Assembly: GCF_002113885.1 (NCBI RefSeq)
Contig: NW_018406268.1
Location: forward strand, 1,575 to 65,574
Length of the DNA stretch: 64,000 nucleotides
Direction: 5' to 3'
Source: Mizuhopecten yessoensis
Taxonomy: Eukaryota
Under the pieces are notes generated by a model. That model did no database searches. It was not told the DNA's origin and saw only the letters and a list, made by a program, of their open reading frames with translations. This document shows positions 25,780-37,532 of this stretch, piece by piece (position 1 is the stretch's first letter; each line of letters begins with the position of its first letter). The position numbers and the translations under genes were made by a program.

Positions 25780-27335
25780 GATCATTATCATGGTCTGGGT
25801 CGTACTCATCTGCCTCATTTTGATAGTCATTGTCTTGGTCTGGTTACTCATCTGCCACATTTTGATAGCCATTATCTTGGTCTGAGTTGTACCAATCTGC
25901 CTCATCTTGATAGTCATTATCTCGGTCTTGGTCCTCTTCTACCTCATCTTGATATTTATTATCTTGGTCTGGGTCGTAAACATCTGCATTTTTTTGATAG
26001 TCATTATTTTGTTCTGGGTCGTACTCATCTGCTTCATTTTGAAAGTAATTTTCTTGGTCTGGGTCGTAACAATCTGTCTCATCTTAATTATCATTTTCTG
26101 TGTCTCGGTCCTCATCTGCCTCTTATTGATAGTCATTTTATTGGTCTGGGTCGTATAAATCTGCCTCATCTTGATAGTCATCATATTGGTCTTGGTACTC
26201 ATCTGCCTCATTTTGACATTCATTATCTCGGTCTGGGTCGTATTCATCTGCATTATTTTGATAGTCATTTTCTTGGTCTGGGTCGTACCAACCTGCCTCA
26301 TCTTGATAGTCATTATCTTGGCCTTGGTCGTACCAATCAGCCACAATTTGATGGTCATTTTCCTGGTCTTGGTCGTACTCATCTGCCGCAAATTGATAGG
26401 CATTATCTTGGTCTGGGTCGTACTCATATTCCTCATCATGATGGTCATTATCCTGGTCTTGGTCCTCATTTGCCTCATCTTGATCATTATCTTGGTCTTG
26501 GTCCTTATCGTCCTCATCTTGATAGTCATTATCCTGGTCTTGGTCGTACTCATCTGCCACAATTTGATAGGCATCATCTTGGTCTGGGTCATACTCATAT
26601 GCCTCATCATGATGGTCATCATCCTGGTTTTGGTCCTCATTTGCCTCATCTTGATCATTATCTTGGTCATGGTCGTACTCATCTGCCACAATTTGATAGT
26701 CATTATCTTGGTCTTGGTCGTACTCATCTGCCTCAATTTGATAGGCATTATCTTGGTCAGTGTCGTACTCATCTGCCACAATTTGATAGTCATTATCTTG
26801 GTGTTGGTCGTACCAATCTGCCACAATTTGATGGTCATTTTCCTGGTCTGGGTCGTACTCATCTGCCGCAATTTGATAGGCATTATCTTGGTCTGGGTCG
26901 TACTCATATGCCTCATCATGATGGTCATTATCCTGGTCTTGGTCCTCATTTGCCTCATCTTGATAGTCATTATCCTGGTCTTGGTCGTACTCATCTGCCA
27001 CAATTTGATAGGCATCATCTTGGTCTGGGTCATACTCATATGCCTCATCATGATGGTCATCATCCTGGTTTTGGTCCTCATTTGCCTCATCTTGATCATT
27101 ATCTTGGTCTGGGTCGTACTCATCTGCCACAATTTGATAGGCATTATCTTGGTCTGGGTCGTACTCATCTGCCACAATTTGATAGTCATTCTCCTGGTCT
27201 GGGTATACCTCTACCTCCTCTTGATAGTCATTCTTTAGGTCCTGGTACTCCTCCACGTCACCTGGATAGTCATTCTGTTGGCTTGGGTCGTACTCATCTG
27301 CCTCATCTTAATAGTCATTCTCTTGGTCTGGGTCG
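25780..27335 (-). repeat. 39-45-bp coding-type tandem repeat encoding hyper-acidic DNDYQxxADEYDPDQ units (~35 copies)
   Basis: In frame with B2 exon 2; interrupted by TAA at 27310-27308 and 26140-26138 and further distal stops. Confidence 0.9.
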
Positions 27336-28729
27336 TACTCATTTATCTCGTCTCGGTATGTATTCCATTGGTATGAGTAGGACACGTCTCGTTCGTATTG
27401 ATTTTTAGTCTCTTGCTTTATGCAGTTCTCGTCACTTTCGTCTCGATCTTTGTTAACAAGGCTTTCGTGTGAGGAGTTATGTGCTTTCGTCTCAGGTTTC
27501 ATAGAACTGTTATAAAATATTAGAAAACACTGTATAATAAATGACCTTGTAGCTTTGTATACTTTATGCATGTAGTTTGATTTTTTATTACATACCAGGT
27601 TAATCCTACTCTAGTGATTCAGGTGGTTTCAAACAATGCCATACATATATTGTTCCAATCAGTTTCGTTCGGTTTATAAAACATTCTTAACAATCCGTGA
27701 AAAAGGATCAAAACGATTATGTTCTCTACTGTTTGCATTTCCGTCAGTCGAAAGATTGATCTTTGGTACAATTTGGGAAATTCCAGATATTGTTTATTTG
27801 ACATTTCGACATGATTGTCAGCGATTAATCAAACAATATAATAAAAGTAAAACTAAAACAGTTTTCAATAAAAAAAGATTCACGTGAAACTTTTGAATTA
27901 TTTCATTAAAACATTTTGAGTAATTGGTTGTATTAATACCATATACGATGGAAATATAAATAAAAAATAATGTTTGAAAGTTAACTTACCTATTAGCTAT
28001 TGATATGTTTTTAGTGATTCTGTTATCAGGGCACACGTCTGGTTTGTTGATTGAAGTCCGAACAACCGGTTTCACATGTAAGGGTGAATTACTTTGATAG
28101 GGATAAGACATGCCTTTGGCCGCAATGCTTGAAGACTGTTCATTTGGTCCCGGTATTGCAGCACTATTGCTTTGTCGATGCTTATAAGATCTCAACCGAT
28201 CATGGCTTTTGAGACCTGGTCTGCCATCATTGATGGTTATGAATTCTCTAGAAGGAATCTCGTTGCTTTCTGCGACCGTGATTTCAGTATATCCGTTTTC
28301 GTAATCCTCGTCATCAAAGAAGGATGATTGGTCGTCAGAACACAAGTCATCAGATGTCTGGTCATCATTCCAATGTCTCCAATGATAACCACCTGGATCG
28401 CGCCGTACACGAATATCTGTCCCGTCATTTTTTGTTGTTAATTTTTTCCGAGGAATCCTACGACGGCCCTTTTGGACCGGAATTTCGGTACATTGTCCAA
28501 GCTCTTCGAGCTTCCGAAACACCCACAATCTCCTGTTATCGGCCGAGTACCAGTTTTCATTCATATAGACGACAGTTATAGGCGGTATCTCCGAGATATT
28601 ACACTTTCCTGTCAACAGGGCATCCAATGTTTCACCGATATGTGTATCGGCATGATTGGTTTTTTCGTGGAAAACATTACTGATAGAATCTTGACTAAAT
28701 CGTATTTCACTCGGTCGTAGAGTCAACAT
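27308..28729 (-). CDS. Gene B2: ParB/Srx-like domain + acidic linker; join(28729..27990,27506..27308), 312 aa, truncated at the start of the acidic repeat
   Basis: MLTLRPSEIRFSQDSI...SADNRRLWVF. Donor AATAG|GTAAGT (phase 2) and acceptor ttttataacag|T join in frame to SMKPETK...EYDPDQENDY*; the stop is CAA>TAA in repeat context. Confidence 0.75.
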
Positions 28730-29088
28730 TTTCTCGATGCCTGACAATATAAATCAAGATATATTTATCACCCTGGACTATATCAATGTCAGCTTTGGTA
28801 ATATTAACATTATTAACAATCCGTAAAAAAGGATATGGCAGCAGCATCATGTTATCTATTGTTCAAATTTCCGAAAGACAATAAATAGATTTTTTTGTAA
28901 TAATTCGAGAATTTCCAGATACTTTTTATTTTATCTTATGTCACAAACATGTTTGTAAGCGATTAATCAAACAGTATACATGTAATACACATGTAGATGT
29001 CGTAACAACCGAACAGTTTTCAATTAGATTAAAAAAGTTTCACGTGAAATATTTGTGTTCTTTCATTAAAGTTTGATAGTTAACTTAC

Positions 29089-29377
29089 CTATTAGCTATT
29101 GATACGTTTCTAGTGATTCTGTTATCAGGGCACACGTCTGGTTTGTTGATTGAAATCCGAGCCATCGGTTTTACCTGTAAGGGTGTATTATACTAATATC
29201 CTGTTATCGGCCGAGTACCAGATTTGTTACCTGTTGGTGACAGCTATAGGCGGTATGTCCAAAATATTACACTTTCTTGTCAATCGGGCGTTCAATGTTT
29301 CACCGATATGTGTATCGGCATGATCGGTATTATTGGAATTTACTAAATCGTTTTTCACTCGGTCGTAATTACAACAT
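29089..29377 (-). pseudogene. Decayed tandem duplicate of B2 exon 1 (with intron copy 28800-29088)
   Basis: cgaccgagtgaaaaacgatttagt...gccgataacagg with internal deletions; same 3' end and GTAAGT donor as B2. Confidence 0.85.
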
Positions 29378-29989
29378 TTTCTCGCTGTCTGACAATGTAA
29401 ATCAAGATCAATGCATTACTTATATATATATTTACCATCCAAGGACTATACCAATGTCAGTTTTCCTTCAGGTTCAATGACGACATTTAGGAATAAACGT
29501 GCACTGTACCAAGATGTTGATTTATTACGTTTAACGTATTCGCTTGTATTTTGTTAGGATTAAAACGTTTCAAAATCATGACTTGATCCTCATATGGCAT
29601 GTTATCCCCTTGATACTTTAATGGTATATCACGCTTTATTGAGATAGGATAGTCTAAATAAACATCCTCTTGAACACGTAACTTTATTTAAATGTGTTGG
29701 AAACGTTCCAAATGACACCGATACAACGCAATTATTTCAGCCCAGTCCATTGTCACTAGATACGTCAAAAGATAACTATACGACTGTGCTGTCTATGTAT
29801 TAAATTACAGGCTAATCGTTAAAACACATGTCTTTAAATAGTCATTCAAAAGGTTTAAGGCCCAGTTGTGCAAGCTTTATGATATATCAAGTATTTTCTG
29901 ACTGTTTGTGGAAGGTGATATTGTGATCTGCTTAGCCGCAATTGCCATATTGATACTTTAAGTAATACAAATTCAGGCAATTTTAGTCA

Positions 29990-31012
29990 AACAACAGGCC
30001 AAATAGGCCTGTATCGCTCACCTGGTATTAATCTCTCACTTGTAACCTAAAAATTGACTAAAATCTATGACTGTAAGTCATTCAAAAATAAATGTTAAAA
30101 GATTGAAACATATATGACCCCTATGATTTTAAAAGTCTAACAATGTCATGAAGACTTTATAGCCCTTCATCTCGGCATGCAACTTGCAAAATATCACCAC
30201 CCTAGATCTTTTGTTTATTGAGATAAATATTTTTACACATATGGCAATATGTTACGGTGAACTTAAAGTCTTAGCATGTTACTTGCGAATTATCATTATT
30301 TTGGGCCTTTATGTTCCTCAAAAAATCTCCTTTAAAAGTTTTAAAGACAATAAACTCCTATGACCTTAAATATAAGTCGTGGTAATTAATTTAATCAAAC
30401 TTGGTATCACTTCATCCCAACATGTTACTTGCCAAATGTCATCATCCTGGGCCTTCTAGTTATTAAGAAGAGGTTGTTTATATGATTTAAATATATTTGA
30501 CCCCTGTGGCCTTGAATATACGCAAAGGTCATTCATTTGCGCAAACTTGACAGTCCTTAGTCCAACCATGCTTCTGACGAAATATCATCGCCCTAAGCCT
30601 CTTGGTTCTTGCAAAGAAAACGTTTAAAGTAAAAGGTTGACAACGGACTGACGACGGACAGACTGACAGACAGACAACCAGAAAGACAGGCAATAATCTC
30701 CTGATCCTTTTGGTTATGCAAAAGAAGTCCTTTAAAGATTTTAAACATATTTGACCCATTTAACCTTGAATATAAGTCAAGGTCATTCATTTTAACAAAG
30801 CTGGTAGCCTTTCATCAAAACATAATACTGGCTAAATATCATCATCCTGGCACTTCCATGCTATTCATGCATAGTGTTTAAACAAATGTTTTTAAAATAA
30901 TTGACCCATGTGACCTTGAATATCAGTAAAGGCATTCATTTTATTCAGAAAAAGTTGTTGAAGTAAAAAGTTGACGCCGGACGGACGAAGGCCGCCGCCT
31001 TTCGGGCCAAGT
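29990..31012. mobile_element. Helentron-like element, unit 2 copy
   Basis: Paralog of 8435-9445. Confidence 0.6.
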
Positions 31013-33221
31013 TAGATACAAAACCTGACACAAAACTTTATACACAGAGTAGTAAATGTTCGGGCCTAGATTATTCCTTTCAATGTATTTAATTGTAGAG
31101 TGCAATGTTTTTTCGTGTTATGGTCAGAGCTCAGATATTTCTTCACTTTTAATAATTGAATATCATATTGGCACACACAGAGGTACCTCTAATACAATCT
31201 AACCATACAATTCCTAGGACAATAACGTTTACCTTGCATACATAATAATTTTTCATTTTTCATTTTTTTTTTAAATGAACAAAAATCAATTCAAATTAAT
31301 TTGATTTTACAGCAGGTTTATTTCACAAAAATCATAACTGTTGAAAAATTAGAAACATAAAATATTATTTAAAGCACTATAACAGTCCATATATTAATGC
31401 TGAGTCTTTAAGTCTTGTTATTTCACATTTGTTTCATTTCGATCATATTAGTGTCAAGCATGAACTGAAACACAATCTCGTTAATGACAGACAATTATAT
31501 GCCCGTCTCTTATTTCAGTTCACATATACGTACATTGTAAAAATGTTTTAACAAAAAGATAAAAAATCTATCTTAATATAAACCAAAATACATACCCACA
31601 AATGATACGCACTACTGCATTCATCACAAAGGTTGTAAAATATACACCTAACGTTGTTTAATCTGCATACAGTAGAAGTGTACACTATATATTTTGACAA
31701 TGTACGACCTAAAAACATTATATGATATCCAACTTCTGGGAACCACCACGCTAGTTGTAGTTTCATTTTCGGTAATTCTTGATATAGTAGCATCGTTAGT
31801 ATATCTTCGCTCGTGAAAACACAAGACAGCACTACCCAATATAAATGTTATGTTTATACATTCCTACCTGACTCAATGTAACAATGTCACGACTAGATAC
31901 ACGCTAATAATTACCCAAGGTCATACTTCTACTTCTTATATGCCATCCTAACCCATGTCAGTGTATTTAAGACGAAAAAACCCAAAAGTCTTACCCAAGT
32001 GATGTAATTTGAAACTAACTACATACCATCTTTAATCTTTACTAAAGTTAATTTATTTTAATACTAGATATAAGTCATGTTTGTAAAAAATCATAAGGCT
32101 CGTTTACCCGTCCCTCTAAGATTTTATAGCATAGCTGTATTTGAATAAATGGAAAAATAATGTTTAACCTAAAACCTATTTGCCCAGTGCATGATAATGT
32201 ATTTCGATACTAAAATACATTATTGTTGTATTTTTGCCATATTGAATGTGTAAAATCAAACGAGATACATGTCATAATTTCCCAAATTAATGTATTTTCA
32301 ATACTGGATCTATGCCACCTTTAGCGAAGTGAATGTACCTTAACACAAGATGCACACTATCTTTACAAACATGAACAAACTTCAATTCACAAAATACATT
32401 AAATTGCAGAAGTGTTGTCAGTCATCGTCTTCGCTTATTCCACTACTACATTCCATTATCCGATAATTGGCTGATTATTGATCACATTATCACAGCTCTG
32501 TAATATACACTTTACTCATTATTAATTTGAGATTATCCATTACTCCTTTATCTAATTCATGTAATTGAAGGGTTTTATGAAACTCTCCTTCTGTTCGACC
32601 TTTTTGGATTAAGGCCTTGTGGGATCCCTTACATCACCGATGAGTCCTAGTAGAACGAAATAGCTTAACGGTGCATTTTTTGGCTTACTGTATCTGTTAA
32701 CATATTGTATAGATGCACTCCCTTTATGCTAACAGAGAAGAGGGTATTTATACACTATTCCTCAACTATCAATAACTTCTTGTATTCAAATCTTTTTCCT
32801 GAACTGGTAAAATAACCACCGCTTAGAACCGGGAACATTTCAAACATTATTAACGAGGAAGGTCAAGGACGTCGAGGATTAATTTTACTATTTGATAATA
32901 CATATATGAACTCCAATGATCTCACCAATAAATACTTGTTTTACTTGAGAAATGTATGTTCTCTCAAAGCAAAAAAGGCATTGTTTAGATTTAATACTTT
33001 TTTATTGCCATAATGCAACTGAATTTGGCACAAGTCATACAATTTATATAAAGCTCTTTCCATAAATATAACAATCATATATACAACAAACTTACAAGAT
33101 GGCACCCTCAAAATTACTTTAAAAATAAGTTATCGAAATGACAAATTGACGTACATGCGTTCACTCATTCACACACCAATACACACAAACTCACACGCGT
33201 TTATACGTATGTAAACATATG

Positions 33222-33222
<1 letters not shown>

Positions 33223-33268
<46 letters not shown>

Positions 33269-33270
33269 TG
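33223..33270. repeat. (TG)n(AG)n microsatellite
   Basis: Direct observation. Confidence 0.97.
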
Positions 33271-34226
33271 GATGGGGCGGGGAGAGAGTACGTAATACGA
33301 GTCCAAGTATAATCTAAATGTGGTATAAATGATCTCGGACCATGTAGTTGATCTTTCTCCATGCAAACGGAACTAGTGATAATCTGTTCGCTGTTCATAA
33401 CGTTCTGCTGTTCAACTGTTTATCACTTTCCGTGCTAATAACGTCCTCTGGTTCACTCCTTGCTTGCTGGTATTTCCGTTAATACTAGTCCGCCTGCATA
33501 GAAATAAAGACCAAGGACAAGATCCAAATACATATTCGCATACAATCATATCTATGACGCGACTGTATGAAATACTATGATAATCGGAAATCGATTGACA
33601 TATGAGAGAGGGAAAGGAGGGAGAGAGAGGGGTTGTAATTAACATCGATTAGAATCATGAATATATCGCTGAGTGTGCATGAAAATCCCAATTTTCTTTT
33701 GTTCCGAATGAGTTCTATCGCCAATAAAAGAAGTAGGTTGAATGTATGAGGTAGTTACGCCAACGATAAAGTTTAACTTAAGGCATTTTATGCATTTAGG
33801 GCATTGACATTTCGTCTTAACATTTTGTTATACAGTATTTTATTTTTAGACATAAATTGTAATAAAAAGAATATTATAAATGAAATACTTCATAACTAAT
33901 CATCATGTAAATCTTAAACCAAAGGTTAATCTATCACATAATTCATTAAAACAAATTAAAACGTAATAACAAATATAAGTATAAAATAAGAAGAAATATA
34001 TCACAGATTTATATGAATCAAAAATATCAAAGAATACACAATAAATGAAATGTTATTAAATAAAATGGTATGTGGCATGATTAGCATATTGTATGCTAGC
34101 AAAACGAACGGTAAAAAGTAAGCGTAATCTAAAATGCACACATGTTACATGTGGTATCAAAGTATAGGTAAATATCACATACGCATTATACCTACGTGAT
34201 ATGGAAAAAGGCGTGTTTTATTCTGT

Positions 34227-34422
34227 TTATTACATACTTACTAATAAAAACTACTATCTTATGATTTATTTTTATTTTTGAAATATTGAAAAATGATTTT
34301 TTTTCCAAAAGGGGTGTGATATGGGTTTTTGGGTGTGATACGGCGAGGGCTGATATGGGTAAGAGCAATTGTGCAGTATCGCATATACAAAAAACCCGTA
34401 TTTATTCGTAAGTATGTAATAA
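34227..34422. mobile_element. MITE-like insertion with 22-bp TIRs, unit 2 only
   Basis: ttattacatacttactaataaa / tttattcgtaagtatgtaataa (21/22 match); absent in units 1 and 3. Confidence 0.75.
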
Positions 34423-34744
34423 GGGAAATATTACATACGCATTATACCTACGTTATCTTTAATTACATATGTCAAGCGCATGTTATGAAATATATATAAG
34501 ACATATATTCTAGTTTGCTTCTAACATCAATAATGTGTTATATTTGATCTTTGTTTAATAATATGCTTAAGTTTTATCATTATCATGTATGTGCTTACAA
34601 ATACCACAAACTCCTTCATTTATAATAAGAACAGACTCGTGAAATCATTTCTATAAATGGATATGATAGTTATCACCGTTATCGCATAGTTTATTTTTGT
34701 ACTTTCGCCTGTATATTACAGAACTGACCACATACTGAGTTTTA

Positions 34745-37386
34745 TTACTCCGTAATTACTTCAGTATGATCATAAACAGAGCTTAAATCATTGAGGGATT
34801 TACCAATCATTCTTGGCATCGTATTGTCCAGGAATTTTCGATCCTCTATAACAATCGCAGCGATTTCGGATTTTGTTGATTTCTGGAAAGCCCAAAGACG
34901 TCTATTTCCGTCGATGACACTCATTGCTGTTTCGTCTTGCCAAACAACGATGGGCGGTATATTTCGGCATTCCAGATTTTCAGAAACCAGTTCATTGACG
35001 AGAGTCCTTACGTTAACTCCTGAATGATCTCCTGAAGAAAAGGTCATTGGAATAACATCTTTGGTGAATTTAACACTCATCGGGTCAATGTGCGTAACAT
35101 CCGGGGCCTTGTGCCAGTAGCCTCCTGGTTCCGCGTCGTCTTTTATCCCGACAGAAACACCACGATTTTCTGACGATCTTTTCATTGAGTCGATATAAGA
35201 GACCTCTTGGAAAGAAATCTCTTTACATCTGCCTGGAAGAAAGGAACGAATTTATGTTATATGATGAAATATTCGTGATAGTCATAGCGGTAACATATAT
35301 ACTATATACGGGGGAACATCCAAGAAGGGTAATAGACCTGGACAGATTGAAAAAACTAGGGTAGAAATGTTAACAACTAACATGAACATATATCAAACCT
35401 TTGTTTGGTTTCCATATGGTTGTGTTTCGATCTTAGCAATATTGTAATGTTGTTTTACTTTCATGTAATGAAAACGACAAACATCATTCGGACAGCAAAG
35501 TATATAAAACGATTCTACTGGGTATTCGTCCGCTTCAATATCCCACCCTGACCCTTTGTAAGTTTTTTTCTTGTGATAGAGGATGGATGTATTTTCAAAT
35601 GAAAGGGTCTAAATATTAACCTTGACTCTGATTGTAGAGTCAATATGAACATACACAATGTGAGTTATCTATATGGTAATTAAACTGCATGAGCTATACA
35701 GAGGATACTTAATGGTTTCCCGTTGAAAACCATATATATCTCAATAGTTTGGCAGAATATCGATATTTTTCTTTAGGGCAAAGTACAAGTGAAAATATCG
35801 GAAATGTTTTTTCTGCCATAGGAGTGAAACCATTACATTTTCTGTGTTTTATTTATTTAATATTACTTACAACGACAAAAATGTCACTGCATCAAAACAT
35901 TTCGGATTATAAAAAAAATCCTAAGTGCCATAAAGTAATGATGTCATGCTTGATAACAAGTCTGAGCGTCATTTCTGATGGGTTAACCAGTGAAATTTTA
36001 CAGGTATCTACTATTTTTGATCAGAATTTCTTACATGAATAATATAGATTACGAAGGCAAAAGTATACATTAACATACGTAGAAAAGATGTCAACAGAAA
36101 ATCTGCGACTTTGAATGAGGTGAATAGAAAGTGCCGTTCTGATTGGTCAATTTCAAAAGTGACATAGTCATCCATCCAAAACAACTGTATAATAAGCTTG
36201 GGGGAGACGGTGGTTACTGCGGCCCATTTTTATTTAGCCTGTGGTATCTGTTCAAATTTATGTGTAAATATAACATTTGAAAGAGAATTTCATAAAATAA
36301 TAGCAAAAACACATCGGTATTTAAAGAATTAATAGAACCTTTTCTGTCAGGATATTGTGCAGCCGAACGTACTGCTCCCTTGGGGGAAGTTCGGACAGAT
36401 AGTCTGGGATAGATTCGGCATATAAATGACGTCATTAAGTACGCAACGTCAGATTTTCCTGACACTGTCAGGACTTTCCACGTGTTGCCATTGCCAAATC
36501 TACCCCAATATCATTAGCCGAACATGACCCATATTCATATTTAGACAAATTATTTTATTATAATTAATGTACCATCTTGAGAAGTTGTCTGTGTGGTACA
36601 TTTATAACATTACATAACTATTTTTTGAGGGGGTATTTTAAATATTTCGGAGTAATTCGGGTTATCAAAATTTTGCAAAGCTAGAGAGGGGTCAGGTCAT
36701 AATGATTTTTCTACCATCCTAAAGCTAACTTTTCCCCTTTTATTGAGTTTTCCACACTATTGTATTTTTCATGTGAATGTTCCGTCTAGTCAATGGTCTG
36801 CTAAGATCCCAAAAATTGTGAATATATGCTCAAGAAACAAAATATCAGAGGAAGTCGAACTTAGCCCGGGGCCGCACTCTGTCCAGTCTCTCCTACCAGT
36901 AATATTGCAATATTTGTGTTTATAGTTTATGCATATTCATTACTTTAAACACTCTCTAAACAACAATAGCTGAAACTAGTCATTTGTACAAATATAATCT
37001 CCCTTTCCCCGTGTGTGCTTGATGTCGCAAACATATCAACGATATACCATCACAAATCGCAAAGGTAAGAACATACCTAGTCTTTCCAAGTGTCTGAAAA
37101 TCCAAAGACGACGGTTGTCAGCGGTAATCCAACGAGTCTTCTTCCCGCCTACCAATATATCCCCATCTGTCTCCTCGTCTTCCTCCTGTTTTAAACTTAT
37201 CTCCGGAAGTAATGTCATTGACAGTCGACCCTCCATTATATCGTCTAGGGTATCGCCAATGGTCATGTGTCCGTGTCCAGACCGCCGCCGAAAACGATGG
37301 TAGACTACCTTCTGACTAAAACAGATGTCAGACGGTCTTAATTTAGACGGTTTTGTATTTTCTGACAAAGACAATGATACCTCCAT
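34745..37386 (-). CDS. Gene C2: double ParB/Srx-like domain protein, 265 aa; join(37386..37077,35232..34745)
   Basis: Same splice sites as C1; near-identical protein. Confidence 0.9.
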
Positions 37387-37516
37387 TATGATAGATGGCT
37401 CTAGATATGTGGGCAGTTACCTAACAAAATAACTGTATTTATAATGTATTATCACGAGTCGGCAAACGATTTCAGAAAGTATCTTTTTCGAAACCCAATA
37501 TAGAATTTACAGAATC

Positions 37517-37532
37517 GAAACTGAAACTGAAA
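37517..37532. promoter_or_regulatory. C2 ISRE GAAACTGAAACTGAAA
   Basis: Three GAAA cores at 6-bp spacing, same offset as in C1. Confidence 0.7.

Noticed and set aside
25907-27238. Hydrophobic I/L/V and M/I/K/T/Q repeat ORFs
   Set aside because: Shadow frames; the splice phase from B2 selects the acidic frame
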